In this document: positions 24,514 through 35,129 of the stretch, piece after piece | Position numbering within the stretch: the stretch's first letter is position 1 | How the letters are laid out: each line of letters begins with the position of its first letter | Assembly (NCBI GenBank): GCA_965645245.1 | Contig: OZ287082.1 | Span: 992,001-1,056,000, forward strand | Source: Massalongia carnosa | Lineage: Eukaryota | DNA length: 64,000 bases | Direction: 5' to 3' | Program-made: the position numbers and the translations under genes | Notes under the pieces: model-generated | Told to the model about the DNA's origin: nothing | Databases searched by the model: none | The model's input: only the letters and a program-made list of their open reading frames with translations

Positions 24514-26364
24514 CATATCCCAGTCATCCCGAGTAGTGCGTCCGGTAATGACATACGGGTCAACCGTATGGCACATGCCCAAAGAAGTCAAAAAGTCAAA
24601 AACGTCAACGAGCAAGCTCTCCGTTATGCAAAACAACTGCCTTCGCACCATAGCCGGTGCCTTTAAAGCCACTCCTATTCCAGTTCTTGAAGCAGATACA
24701 TACATAGCACCCATAGATGCACACCTCGACACGCTACAGGCGCAGGCCAGACATCGACTCCGAGCCGGAGGTCAATCGAAGGTCATTTCTTCCGCATGCA
24801 GCAAAATAGTTAACAAACTTCAAGGCAAGGCAGGTCGCAAACGCCTTCAAAAACCCACTCCGGGAGAGCTGAAGCACACCTGGGCCAAAAACCTACTGAT
24901 CGACGCAAAAATCGTTCAACCACCCAAAGCACACCCACCATGGTCCGTCCACTCCCCAGCGCATCTCCGCGAAGTCTCCGTAGCAGCGTTGGCTCGTCAA
25001 AAACAAATGCAGACAATTAAAGCACGACAGCTGAAAGTCTGGAACGACTCGTGGAGCGCATATCAAAATCGCGTCACCGAACCCTCCATAGCGCAATCAG
25101 TCCCACTGAGCAAAAAACGACTGAAAATACACACGCTGCTAAAAAAGGCAGAAAGCGCCCTGACAACACAGATCCGCACCGGTAAGATCGGTCTAGCTGA
25201 CTTCCTCTACCAGCGACGGGTCCCCGCCGTCACCTCACCGGCCTGCCCATGTGGCTAACACAGACAAACTCCAGAACACGTACTTATGTTCTGTAGACTT
25301 ATTGATTGACAATAGAGAACAGATGTTTTGCGCCGCTGGCACGAATAACTATCAACAGCTGACCGAAACATCAAAACTCTAAAGATATTAACTACTTGGC
25401 TAATGAAAACAAGTCTACTGACCCAATTCTCACTGGCATCTACACTCTTATACAATTAACAGTAGTTTTACTTCTCTTTTCCTTCTTATCTCACAAGGCG
25501 TCACAGTTCTCACATGATTTTCGCTCTGCGTCTCCTGTCGGACGTTGACCCGGTGTCACATCGGACAGGTATCAAGGGATATAGTTTTTACACCTGAAAA
25601 AGGGTTTCCATGTAACATAACTTAGATAGCTTTGCCCGCATGGGCCGGCCTACGGCCGGTGACATATCGGAGTAAAAATAACCATTCGTGTTGCCATAGA
25701 AGCTATTGATGCGGATAGTTAGAAGATTGTTTGAGGGCTGTGCAGGTTTGGTTTTTAATGCCGTGGCACATCGACAAGCTCTGTTTGCGCCTATTTTGAT
25801 ATGGTAATGTCTCTTCTTTCCAGCAGTCCTATTTAGAGTGTGAGCCATTAGATGGCACGAAAGCTGAATAGAACCAGGAAACAACGTTCAAATGACTGTC
25901 CCAAAGCTGCCGATCTTGTAAGTAAATCTGGGTTGATATGTTGTGCCCCTACTTCCCACAGCTTTCTTAAGACTCCGCTTGCCAACGGGTCTCCAACTTA
26001 AACCTCAAAGCTAAACCAGCGCAGGACGGTCTGCCCGAGTCCATGACTAGTTATCTTGAAGTCAATACACAACTTTGACAAACAAACATGCAGCAAACAA
26101 TCCAAACATTTTATGTCAGACAAGCTTTGGAAAGAGACTGAGTACAAGGAGATGTTGTGAAATCCTGGACTTGAGTAGATGAGAGACATAATAATGTTTA
26201 GTTCTAAGTCTGTTGCACACGATGTGTAGGTTCTGAATGAAAGATAAGATTGTCGAATTTGTAGTAGTGTCTTAAAATAAATAAGAGTTTCTGCATTCCT
26301 TTTGCAGAATACATCGCCTAGAGCAAACTTACAGTGCTTTTGAATGGCATCAATAGAAAGTTCT

Positions 26365-26436
26365 GGCCTGCTAGGTCAGAAACCTCTACGTGGTGCAGGC
26401 TATCAACAACTCCTCGAAGGTGGCCAATATCTGATC
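26365..26436 (+). ncRNA. HDV-like ribozyme (copy 1, P4 weakened)
   Basis: Same P1/P2/P3/L3/J4-2 as 29905-29976, with two substitutions in P4 and one in J1/2. Confidence 0.72.
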
Positions 26437-26582
26437 ACCGCCAACGCGGAAGCCCACCTTGATGGCCGTTTGAATGATCAACGTCTCTACTGATCATTCA
26501 CCACTTCGAAGGCATACTAAGCCCATTCATTCGGAATGACCACACCCCTCAGGCGAAAGCCTTTCACCACATCGAAAAAGCC

Positions 26583-28505
26583 CGAGATGCTTAGGGACAG
26601 TCCCCCCTCGACCGTCCCCCCCCCCCCCCCCCCCCCTGTGTAAATCTTTACTAGTAAACAGCCATTTTACTACTCATCCAGGGTGCGTACAAGCTAGCAG
26701 TTACACTACGTATTAATAATGTTGCTGTTACTGACTAAGTGTATTTAACATCTACAAATCTACCTATTGCGATGATTTCAACTCCATAAACTCGTCAGCC
26801 AATTGCGATGATTTCAACTCCATAAACTCGTCAGCCAATTGCGATACATCATCTTTTCTAGGTTTCATGGTTTTAGCCACCTTTCTCATCGCCGTTTCCT
26901 TTCTTGCTCGAGCCCTAGCCTGTTTGACTGATTCTCAACTCTTTGCTGAGATTCCAACTCCAACTGAGCCTTTGATTTCTTCGCCACACCCCGAGACCTT
27001 CGCGTTGTTGCAGAGGAAGTAGGGAGAATTTGACTGGCGCGCACGTTTTGGCTAAGACTATAAAGAGATGGAGCCAGCGCTGCCTGAGGTAGGGCTTTTT
27101 GACTATGCTTGGCAAGCACATCGTCAATATCTTCGAGCGAATCCGACGAGGCTTCTGATGTAAGAATAACATCATTATCGTCATCCGAAGGAAGCATATG
27201 ACCCATAGAACGACCGAGAATGGGCTGAGTGCTTATATATTGCACCTCGTCATTGTCGTCGGAGACGATAGGCGCGTTTTCGATTCTCTTCATAACTAAG
27301 TTTTCTCCTAAACCTATTGTACCCAATAGAGTATTAGCCGACCCGGGCGCAATAACTTTGCAACATCGTGAGTTTTATCTTCTGTTTCACCTTCAACCTC
27401 ATCGTCGCCCCTAGCACGCAATCTATTATATCTAAGCCTCCTCCCTTGTTCAATAGAGTCCCTTCGCCTAGTACGTCGCTGTTCAGTTTCTCTAGCCTCA
27501 GCTGCCTCGCGATCAGTGTAGGCACGTCGACGACTCCCTCCTTTCTTATACATGAGGTTTTCTTTGGGCCGAATTTCGTCGAGGACTGTGATGAGGATGT
27601 GAGGTCTTATCAGCTCCTTCTTTTGCCATTTCTTATTGAACTTTTCAACGATGTGAGCATGCTCGCGAGCGTACTCCTTCCTTCGATGAGAATCTTTTAT
27701 TGATTGATGCAGGTCAATAGATTGATATGCCACAGAATGTAGCAAATCAAGGCCCCCGCGGCGAAATCTATCCTCACTCAACACGCCTTCTTCGAGCTCG
27801 ACCTCATTCTTATTCGCCTCAATCTCTCTCGTCCCTTCGACCTCATCGACGATCTTTTCGATCTCGGGCTCCGAGCCGCGAGCGAGATCGAAGGTCATTT
27901 GTCAAGAGACCGCATAAGGTGGGCCATCAAAAAACCAGCGGGGGTAGATGAGGGAAACGGGAATAGGGATCGAGTAGATGATGCATTTATACAATCAGCA
28001 TTTGCATGGGAGACCGTACCTTAAAGGCAATTCACAATCATAAACATAGCTTTTATCATCAGGGAAAATTGAAAGGATTCGTTCAGCTAATGATTTGGCG
28101 GCATCGAGTTCTCTTGAAACGAGGCCAATGGCATGATGCGTAATTTTCTCAATGAGTAGCGTAAAAGCATTTCTATCTATCAATCTAGGATTGCGTATTC
28201 GCTGTTGATTGCACAAAATCTCCTGATCTAATTGTTTTTTCCGCACCTCATCACATATTTTCTGCACCGATTGTCTTATAGGCAAGGGCAAATGGTAAGT
28301 GAGGGTGAGGGTGAGGGTGAGGGTATGCTTTATCAGACTGAGTAGGGTAATTATTAGTACGATTTAAACCGAAAAGAGTTTAATGCAGTTGCATTACTAG
28401 CTTGTACGCACCCTGGATAAGCAGTGAAATGGCTGTTTACTAGCAAAGATTTACACAGGGGGGGGGGGGGGGACGGTCGGGGGGGGACTGTCCCTAAGCA
28501 CCTCG
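26583..28505 (-). mobile_element. Internally deleted Mutator (MULE)
   Basis: ~120-bp TIRs (CGAGRTGCTTAGGGACAGTCCCC...), 9-bp TSD GAAAAAGCC (26574-26582, 28506-28514), and a frameshifted transposase C-terminus with SWIM-like CELPLRYGLPC. Confidence 0.9.
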
Positions 28506-28926
28506 GAAAAAGCCCATTCATTCGAAATGGCCACGCTTCCACACCTTCATTTATACGACATCACGATCTGCCCTCGATCACGATCAGTCTTTCCTTCATT
28601 GTGTCAAAACGATTAAAGAGAGAGAACGTTCGTCGAACGTGTGAATATACAGTCTATAGGATTCCTAGCGCTTGAAGATCTGAGTGTAAGCACCGCGTGG
28701 CAGAAGAACGATTTCGTTGCGTTCAATATGAAATAAGGGAATGATTTTACCCTGGGGCTAGGTTTCTACTTCTTGACTTGTTGTTTATGTACATAAATAG
28801 CAGTCACAGCGTCATATCCTTAGGATGCATACGCTTAATAATAAAAAATTATAAAATAAAATAAAATATTTCAAGCTAAGCTATTTGGAGGGTTTTTTTT
28901 GTCTTTCGTCGAACAGCCGGCTACTA

Positions 28927-29114
28927 TCCCTTGTGCGCCGGTAACTCATCCATACCAATCTTACCACACCGTCAACCAATCAGATTTAATGCTTCGCCCC
29001 TATTTGTAAAAATGATACACGATGAAAAGGTATATATTTTGATGTTCGTCCCTCAGCCCTACGGTAATGCATTAAACCCTTTTGGGGTGGATGAATTACC
29101 GGCGCACGAAGGGA
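28927..29114. mobile_element. MITE (Tc1/mariner-type)
   Basis: ~26-bp TIRs TCCCTT(C)GTGCGCCGGTAAYTCATCCA, TA on both sides, 188 bp, non-coding. Confidence 0.82.
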
Positions 29115-29904
29115 TATGAGCCCCCAATCGCGTTCCCCGAACCGGTGTGCCGCAAACGTCGTATAGCCGTACATGGTCGTCTCTTCCTTGCTAGCGTTCC
29201 CGTAGCACCGAGTGGTCCTAGTTTCTAGCGCTTCATATTCTTGATTCTTGCGTGGCTCCCTCCAGGCGTTGATCGCAGGAGGTTCTCTGACATCTCTGGG
29301 AGATCGTCGGCAACTTTATTTTTTGACATTAACTTTGCAAGTTTAGCAGTATATGCGCTTTTCGGCTCCTTGAGAGATCCTTGAGATTCTCGGAATACTC
29401 GAGGCGCTACATTGTCACGCAGCTCCTTCTGCGTAGCCTTTGACAGGCTTGCCCGTTCTATGATAGATCTCGAGTGGGAGGTTCATGGTAACATGAACCT
29501 ATGACTAGGCCCTTAAGTGTTCCTGTAGGGGCCGATTTAGTCGATTCAATGGATCTGGCATTCATTGAACAATCAAGGCTGGACCGTGTCATTGTCACGA
29601 GGCTGGTACTCTACCAACAAGGCTGGACCTTGTTGTTATGATACTGATATTCTATCAACAAGACTAGATCTTGTCGTCGCGAGGCTAATCCTGATTGCAC
29701 GATACTGGTATCGTGACGCAGACATGGTAGGAAAGAAGACTGATTGGATAGACGAGGCATAAGAAAAATTTCTGAACGGATTGATTTCTTGAGCATTGAT
29801 TGCTTCAGAAGCCGCATCAGAAAATCTGTAGGAGTTTTCATCATGACATCAACAAACACCCTTAGGCATTTTGTTATCAGATCCGCGGAGGAATGAAATC
29901 GGAG

Positions 29905-29976
29905 GGCCTGCTGGGTCAGAAACCTCTACGTGGTGCAGGCTATCAACACCTCCTCGGAGGTGGCCAATATCTGATC
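29905..29976 (+). ncRNA. HDV-like self-cleaving ribozyme
   Basis: P1 GGCCTGC/GCAGGCT (G1.U wobble), P2 GGTCAGA/TCTGATC, P3 ACC/GGT, L3 TCTACGT, P4 CACCTC-CTCG-GAGGTG, J4/2 GCCAA with C29964 at the catalytic C75 position. Confidence 0.85.
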
Positions 29977-30061
29977 ATCGCCAGTGCGGAAGTCCACCTC
30001 GGTGGCCATTTGAACGATCAACGTCTCTACTGATCATTCGTCACCTCGAAGGCACACATAC

Positions 30062-30325
30062 AAAGCCCATTCATTCGGAATGACCACACCCCTCAGGCGG
30101 AAGCCTTTCACCTCATCGAAAAAGCCCATTCATTCGGAATGGCCACACCCCTCAGGCGGAAGCCTTTCACCTCATCGAAAAAGCCCATTCATTCGGAATG
30201 GCCACACCCCTCAGGCGGAAGCCTTTCACCTCATCGAAAAAGCCCATTCATTCGGAATGGCCACACCCCTCAGGCGGAAGCCTTTCACCACATCGAAAAA
30301 GCCCATTCATTTAGAATGGCCACAC
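30062..30325 (+). repeat. 59-bp tandem repeat, about 4.5 copies, inside the retroposon
   Basis: Units start at 30062, 30121, 30180, 30239 and 30298. Confidence 0.95.
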
Positions 30326-31829
30326 TTACACACCTTCATTTATACGACACCACGATCTGCCCTCGATCACGGCCAGTCTTTCCTCCATTGAATCAAAACG
30401 TTTAAAGAGAGAGAACGTTCGTCGAACGTGTGGAAATACACTGTCTAGTTCATCGAGTCTATAGGATTCCTAGCGCTTGAAGATCTGGGTGTATGCACCG
30501 CGTGGTAGAAGGACGGTCTCGTTGCGTTCAACATGGAACAAGGGAGTGGTTTTACCCTGGGGGCCAGGTTTCCACTTCCTGACTGTTGTTTATGTACATA
30601 AATAGCAGTCACAGCGTCATATCCTTAGGATGCATACGCTTAATGAATTAATAATAATAATAATAATGAAATCGGAGACTTCTGGTTTTGATCCTTTGGC
30701 CGCGATGGTGTTGAGCCAAGACCGAAAAGATCGGGACGCCTTTCTTTGTGATCTTGACTCAAGCGTCGCTGGGGGGTGGGCAGAACGGAGACGGAAGAAA
30801 AGGAGGGATCCGAGATGTTGATGGGCCACAGGAATTGAGGACTAGATTGTACACATGAGACGTAGAGCTACTTCTTTAATGTACGAAGTACAGAATAGTA
30901 TGATCTCAGCATGTATTGGCTTCGAGTCATTTTATCTATACAGCATAGTCTCACCCGTGTCAATGATATTCATCCATTTATAAAATATCGTAATCATAAG
31001 ATCTCATCCTCAACATCACACATCGACTGTGTTGCAATTCTCTTCTTTCCAACATTCCCGAACGAAGCAAGCAGTATGTTAACAAGCACGTCGCGATCGA
31101 GCCTTACCAACCAACTTGAGCCCCACCCGACCTTTCCCACATCATAACAACAATTATCCCCGCAACGCTCGTCATTCGGTCATCGCAACGTGCAATGGGA
31201 CGGTGCGGTAGGGAATAGGCGGGGAGGTGCTTGATGGATTGATTGATGACAGTGCTGGTGAGAATACGGAATACGTGTTAGTGAGACGGGGTTGAGGGAG
31301 AACGCTTTGGTAGAGGTGCGTGATGATGATGAAGCTGATATTTTGTGTGATAATGCCTGGTGATGGAGGAAATGTTGGCATGGAGATGAGATGTTTATTA
31401 TCTGTTTTGTGGCATTTGAATCGTCTTGATCGTTGAAGTGTTTAAAGCGAAAACGATTACGTTGTTGATAATCATCATACATGATTACAGTACTCCGTAC
31501 TCTGTATAGAGTAAATAAAACTCGTATTATATATAGAATACTCGAGCGTAGCACTTCGTACTCCGTACAGTAGATAGATGAGTCGTATTTTGCAAGTCGT
31601 TTTGTCGTAATAAATGTTAGCGTACTGCAGATGGCGATAAATACGTGTAATCTCGGGACATGGGAACCTCGAGACGATTTGTATTCGTACAATCATGCAC
31701 TCCGTGTGCTATGGAGATGATGCTGCTTCTAAGTCCAAAGTATACGATTTAAGCCTCATCTGTGACCGGTTACCTGTCCGTCGCTTAATCTCGAATCAGT
31801 TAACTTAATGCTACGATTGACTACAAGGA

Positions 31830-32243
31830 ATGGGCCGCGGCGGATACAATGGAGGTAGCCCAAGTGTAACAGCCCCAAAACTCGATCAGGTTCTGATCAA
31901 TGATCTTTCCAAGATCAAATTCACGGAGAAGTCTTGGATATTTAGCGTGGGCTGTGGCCTTCAGAACGAGGAAGGTGGCGTACAACCGGAATTTGGTTAT
32001 ATCGTGAGTTTATCTCCGGAAGAAGAGACACCTAAAGCTTCGGTTTTGGTCAATCTTATACCAAAAAAGAACAACAAAAGAGTTCAAAAGAAAAAGAAAT
32101 TAACGAACAAGAAGAGCAAAAAGTCGACATTGCCGGATCACAAGTGGGTACCCGCATCATATCTGTTAGAGCACGCACCCGAATTAGCCAAGGGATATCA
32201 TTTAGCCAATCCTGATGCGCCAAAGCCATACGGTCTTGAGTGA
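31830..32243 (+). CDS. Small basic hypothetical protein with a chromodomain-like C-terminus
   Basis: 137-aa ATG ORF with a Lys-rich stretch and WVPASYLLEHAPELAKGYHLANPDAPKP. Confidence 0.5.
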   Translation: MGRGGYNGGSPSVTAPKLDQVLINDLSKIKFTEKSWIFSVGCGLQNEEGGVQPEFGYIVSLSPEEETPKASVLVNLIPKKNNKRVQKKKKLTNKKSKKSTLPDHKWVPASYLLEHAPELAKGYHLANPDAPKPYGLE

Positions 32244-32279
32244 TCTAGCTTCTCAATCCTGAGACGGTTATGAAATACT

Positions 32280-34480
32280 ATGCCTTCCGAGAAAGAAGAT
32301 GTTCTGCTTTCACCCCTGGACTCGAAGGAAATGCATTCAAAAAGCTTAGACGGCATGAAATCAAGATATGCTTCGAGCGATTCCACTCCAATCGATAGAT
32401 CTCGATTATCGTCATCCTGGCGACCGCGGAGGAAATATCCCAAAGCAGCGTCATCCGCGCTTTCCTTTTCAAGTCATCTTGCGGGCTCATCATCGGACAC
32501 GGGTCTTGGTCCGCCTCATTCCAAACGGGTGGATTTCAGCGGGTTTATCAATTCCATGGATGATTTATCATTTGCCTATTTTTCGTTGATACGAGAACAT
32601 GCGTCTCGGTATCTGCAAGGTAACGCGCTGCAATATGAGGGCTTTTACAAAGCCATGGCTTGTCAGCAGTTCACTGATGAACGTCACTCTCGCGTCAGCG
32701 TCATTGAGTTCGACGACGAAGGCTCAAGCTCGAAAACATTCGATGGCTATGATGATTTCTGGGAATATATGAAGGAGAGCAACTCATTCAAGGGACGACA
32801 TAGGCGACTTTTCCTGCTCGAAGACCTCCCCGTAAGATTGGTATGTTTGCTGGGATCGCGTCTCCAAATTCATCCGGGTGTTTTTGCCAATCACTACAGC
32901 ACCGAGGACAGCGCAAACGCCTCGGACGATGTCGTGGCGTTTCCATCCTTTCGTCAGGTCAACACAAGCGATGGACTAGATTACGCAAGCTCTATGGGCT
33001 CTCCTTTGGACGGGGAAAAGAGGCGCTTCGTTCTTCGCTTCCCGATCATCATGCCACGCGTCTCCGCCGGCCAAAGTGCAAATCCCGAGCTTTGTCCACA
33101 CTGGCTCAAGCCGTGTAGCCGTCTTACCGATCAGAGCGCATATCCCCGGTTCATTCTGGAGCGACGGCTTGATACTCCTACCGTAAATGACAGGTGGGAC
33201 GCGAAAGGGGAAGTGTCGGAGCTGGAAGGACAAGTCGCTTATTGGTCACATGAAAATCCGGGTGGAGGTTGGGATGGTGAGTCCCACTTTCTTTGCGCCG
33301 TGAGGAGCAAGACTTTGTCTTCACGAAACGGCGAAATCCCCGCTGGATCAAGCCATCGTACTAGTACACAAGCTTGCGGTAGGGTTTGTTATTTACGTTA
33401 TTTGGACTGGTTCAGGAAGCATGAACAGCAGCATCATTGAAAACTAACATGAAACTAGCATTGCTTCTGGTTGACCCTTGTCTCAAAGACCCAGAACACT
33501 TGGCGCTTCTTGATGGGAATCCGTGTCCCAATCTCAACCGGATGATCCGCTACCCCGAGCTGGACGACCACGAAAGAGTGGATCTAGGGTCTAATTCTCT
33601 ACAATGGCACCCTTGCGCAGCGTTCACCAAATACAACTTTCATGACGACATTCTCACCCACTTCGCCGTGGCCAACGCTGGCCCGGGTGACACCCCCATC
33701 GCCATTACGCCCTTCGTCCGCGGGTTTGCAATCAGCAAATGGACCGCTCATCTGAATCATGTGCGACGATGCTTCATTAACACGCGAGCCGCGCTATTTG
33801 CGAGCGGCGACGCCTTCAACGCGGAGGGTGTAGCGCAGCACACGGCGCGATGGGGCGCGGATTGGAAAGAATGGATGTTTGAAACGATGACGCGATGGGT
33901 GTCGGATTTGACCCTATGCCGGCTCGATGTGGAGACGAACATGCGCGCGTTAGGGATTGATCCTCGAGCTAGCGATAGCTACGGAATCACCGGGAAACGA
34001 GAAACGGAAATGTGGCGTTATATTCGAGACGCATACATGGATCAACAGCAAATGTTCGAGAGCTTGACCAACTCGTGAGTTTTTTGCTCTTTCTCCCATC
34101 TTCCCCGAACGTGATGTCATGGTTTTACTCGTCGCTTGGAGAGAGACGCTCGGCTCATGAAATCTTCTATTCTATTATGTATTCGCAGATACGCGCAAGT
34201 CGTCGCCATTCGCGAAGCCCAGACCTCCAACCTGCAAGCCCGCTCGGTCCGCTGGCTCACCATTCTCGGCACCTTCTTTGTGCCGCTGTCCGTCGTCGCA
34301 GGGGTCATGTCCATGGGTGGAAGCTTCTTGCCGGGCGAGGACCGGTTTTGGGTCTATTTCGCCGTCACCAGCCCGATGTTGCTGGTGATCGGGGTCATTT
34401 TGCTTGGAATTACAAACGGTCGACAACTCATTTTAAGCATTTACAAGTTTCTCGACAAGGGATCTATCCTTGATTCTTGA
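32280..34480 (+). CDS. Fungal CorA-like membrane protein (3 exons)
   Basis: RRLFLLEDL, WDALLLVDP across intron 33277-33458, intron ~34076-34188, and two C-terminal TM helices (LTILGTFFVPLSVVAGVMSMG..FWVYFAVTSP). GMN motif is degenerate. Confidence 0.8.
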
Positions 34481-35129
34481 AGTTATGAAATATGCTCGGG
34501 CTTAAGTTTTGAAGGTTTTTCAACACGATAAACGACTTTGTAAGTTTAAGAGATGTGCAAATTGATTATCGTATTCCATAAGCTGTTAAACATTGAAAAT
34601 AGAATTACTTCTCGATATTCACGAAAAGACTATGACGAAAATCTTCATTCGCTTTTGCTCATATTATCTGAAATGAATTAATTTGGAGTGACGATTGTAA
34701 TCCTCATGTAACAGCCTCAACGGATTTAGATGATTCTAGAGCCGATGGCGTCAATTCGTCGTCGTCGTCGTCGTCGTCGCGTCTGCTGTATAATTGTTAA
34801 TTCATATTTATATGATTCTCGGGATATTGTGTCTAGAACCCCGAGTAGATATCTTACTTTGAGCGCACCCGCTTCTCTGTCGAATTTCCCGTGCTCAGCG
34901 ATGTAGAAGATTTGCTCATCTTGTGAGTGATTTGTGATTTTGCTTTTATTTAGCGTTCTGTATCTACAGAATGAATAGGTAATATTATCCGCGAAACAAT
35001 AGAATTCAACGCTATAACTAATGAGCTTTGCTCGATGGATTCGTTATCACACATTGGATTTTCTAGATCTAGCTTGCGAGGATTAACCCTTTCGCGCCAG
35101 TCATGACGCTGGACTTGGGGAAGGTCCTC

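Larger units (their letters stand above)
21452..24533 (-). mobile_element. pogo/Fot1-type Tc1/mariner transposon
   Basis: TIR CTCGGGATGACTGGGATATGCAACAAACCTAGATATGCAACAGCACTAGTAGGGGTTTA at both ends (right one interrupted by a solo LTR). TA TSD at 21450-21451 and 24534-24535. Confidence 0.95.
18346..25590 (+). mobile_element. Tad1-clade LINE, copy B (5'-truncated), split by two DNA transposons
   Basis: Segments 18346-18720, 21302-21451 and 24536-~25460 rejoin as ...KTDIRVL|GLQIDTKLKWGPH...QVYSAV|VRPVMTYG...CPCG*..TPEHVLMFC (RT end, then CCHC finger). Several stops. 3' end approximate. Confidence 0.92.
26365..28867 (+). mobile_element. SINE-like retroposon, copy 1 (older, interrupted by Mutator)
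   Basis: 26365-26582 plus 28515-~28867 are colinear with 29905-30664, with the same 5' nucleotide and an A-rich tail. No clean TSD. Confidence 0.88.
29905..30664 (+). mobile_element. SINE-like non-autonomous retroposon, copy 2 (intact)
   Basis: 13-bp TSD AATGAAATCGGAG (29892-29904, 30665-30677), (TAA)n tail, 3' hairpin GCGTCATATCCTTAGGATGCATACGC, no credible ORF. Confidence 0.93.

Noticed and set aside
28300..28323. Telomere
   Set aside because: Four TGAGGG units only, internal to a Mutator element.
29593..29718. Solo LTR (TGTCACGA...TCGTGACG)
   Set aside because: Short terminal inverted match, but it ends CG rather than CA, has no TSD and no second copy.
30062..30325. CRISPR-like array
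   Set aside because: Units are contiguous and near-identical with no unique spacers; eukaryotic context and no cas genes.
30080..30405. Repeat-containing ORFs in the retroposon
   Set aside because: By-products of a stop-poor 59-bp repeat cycling through frames; not conserved in copy 1.
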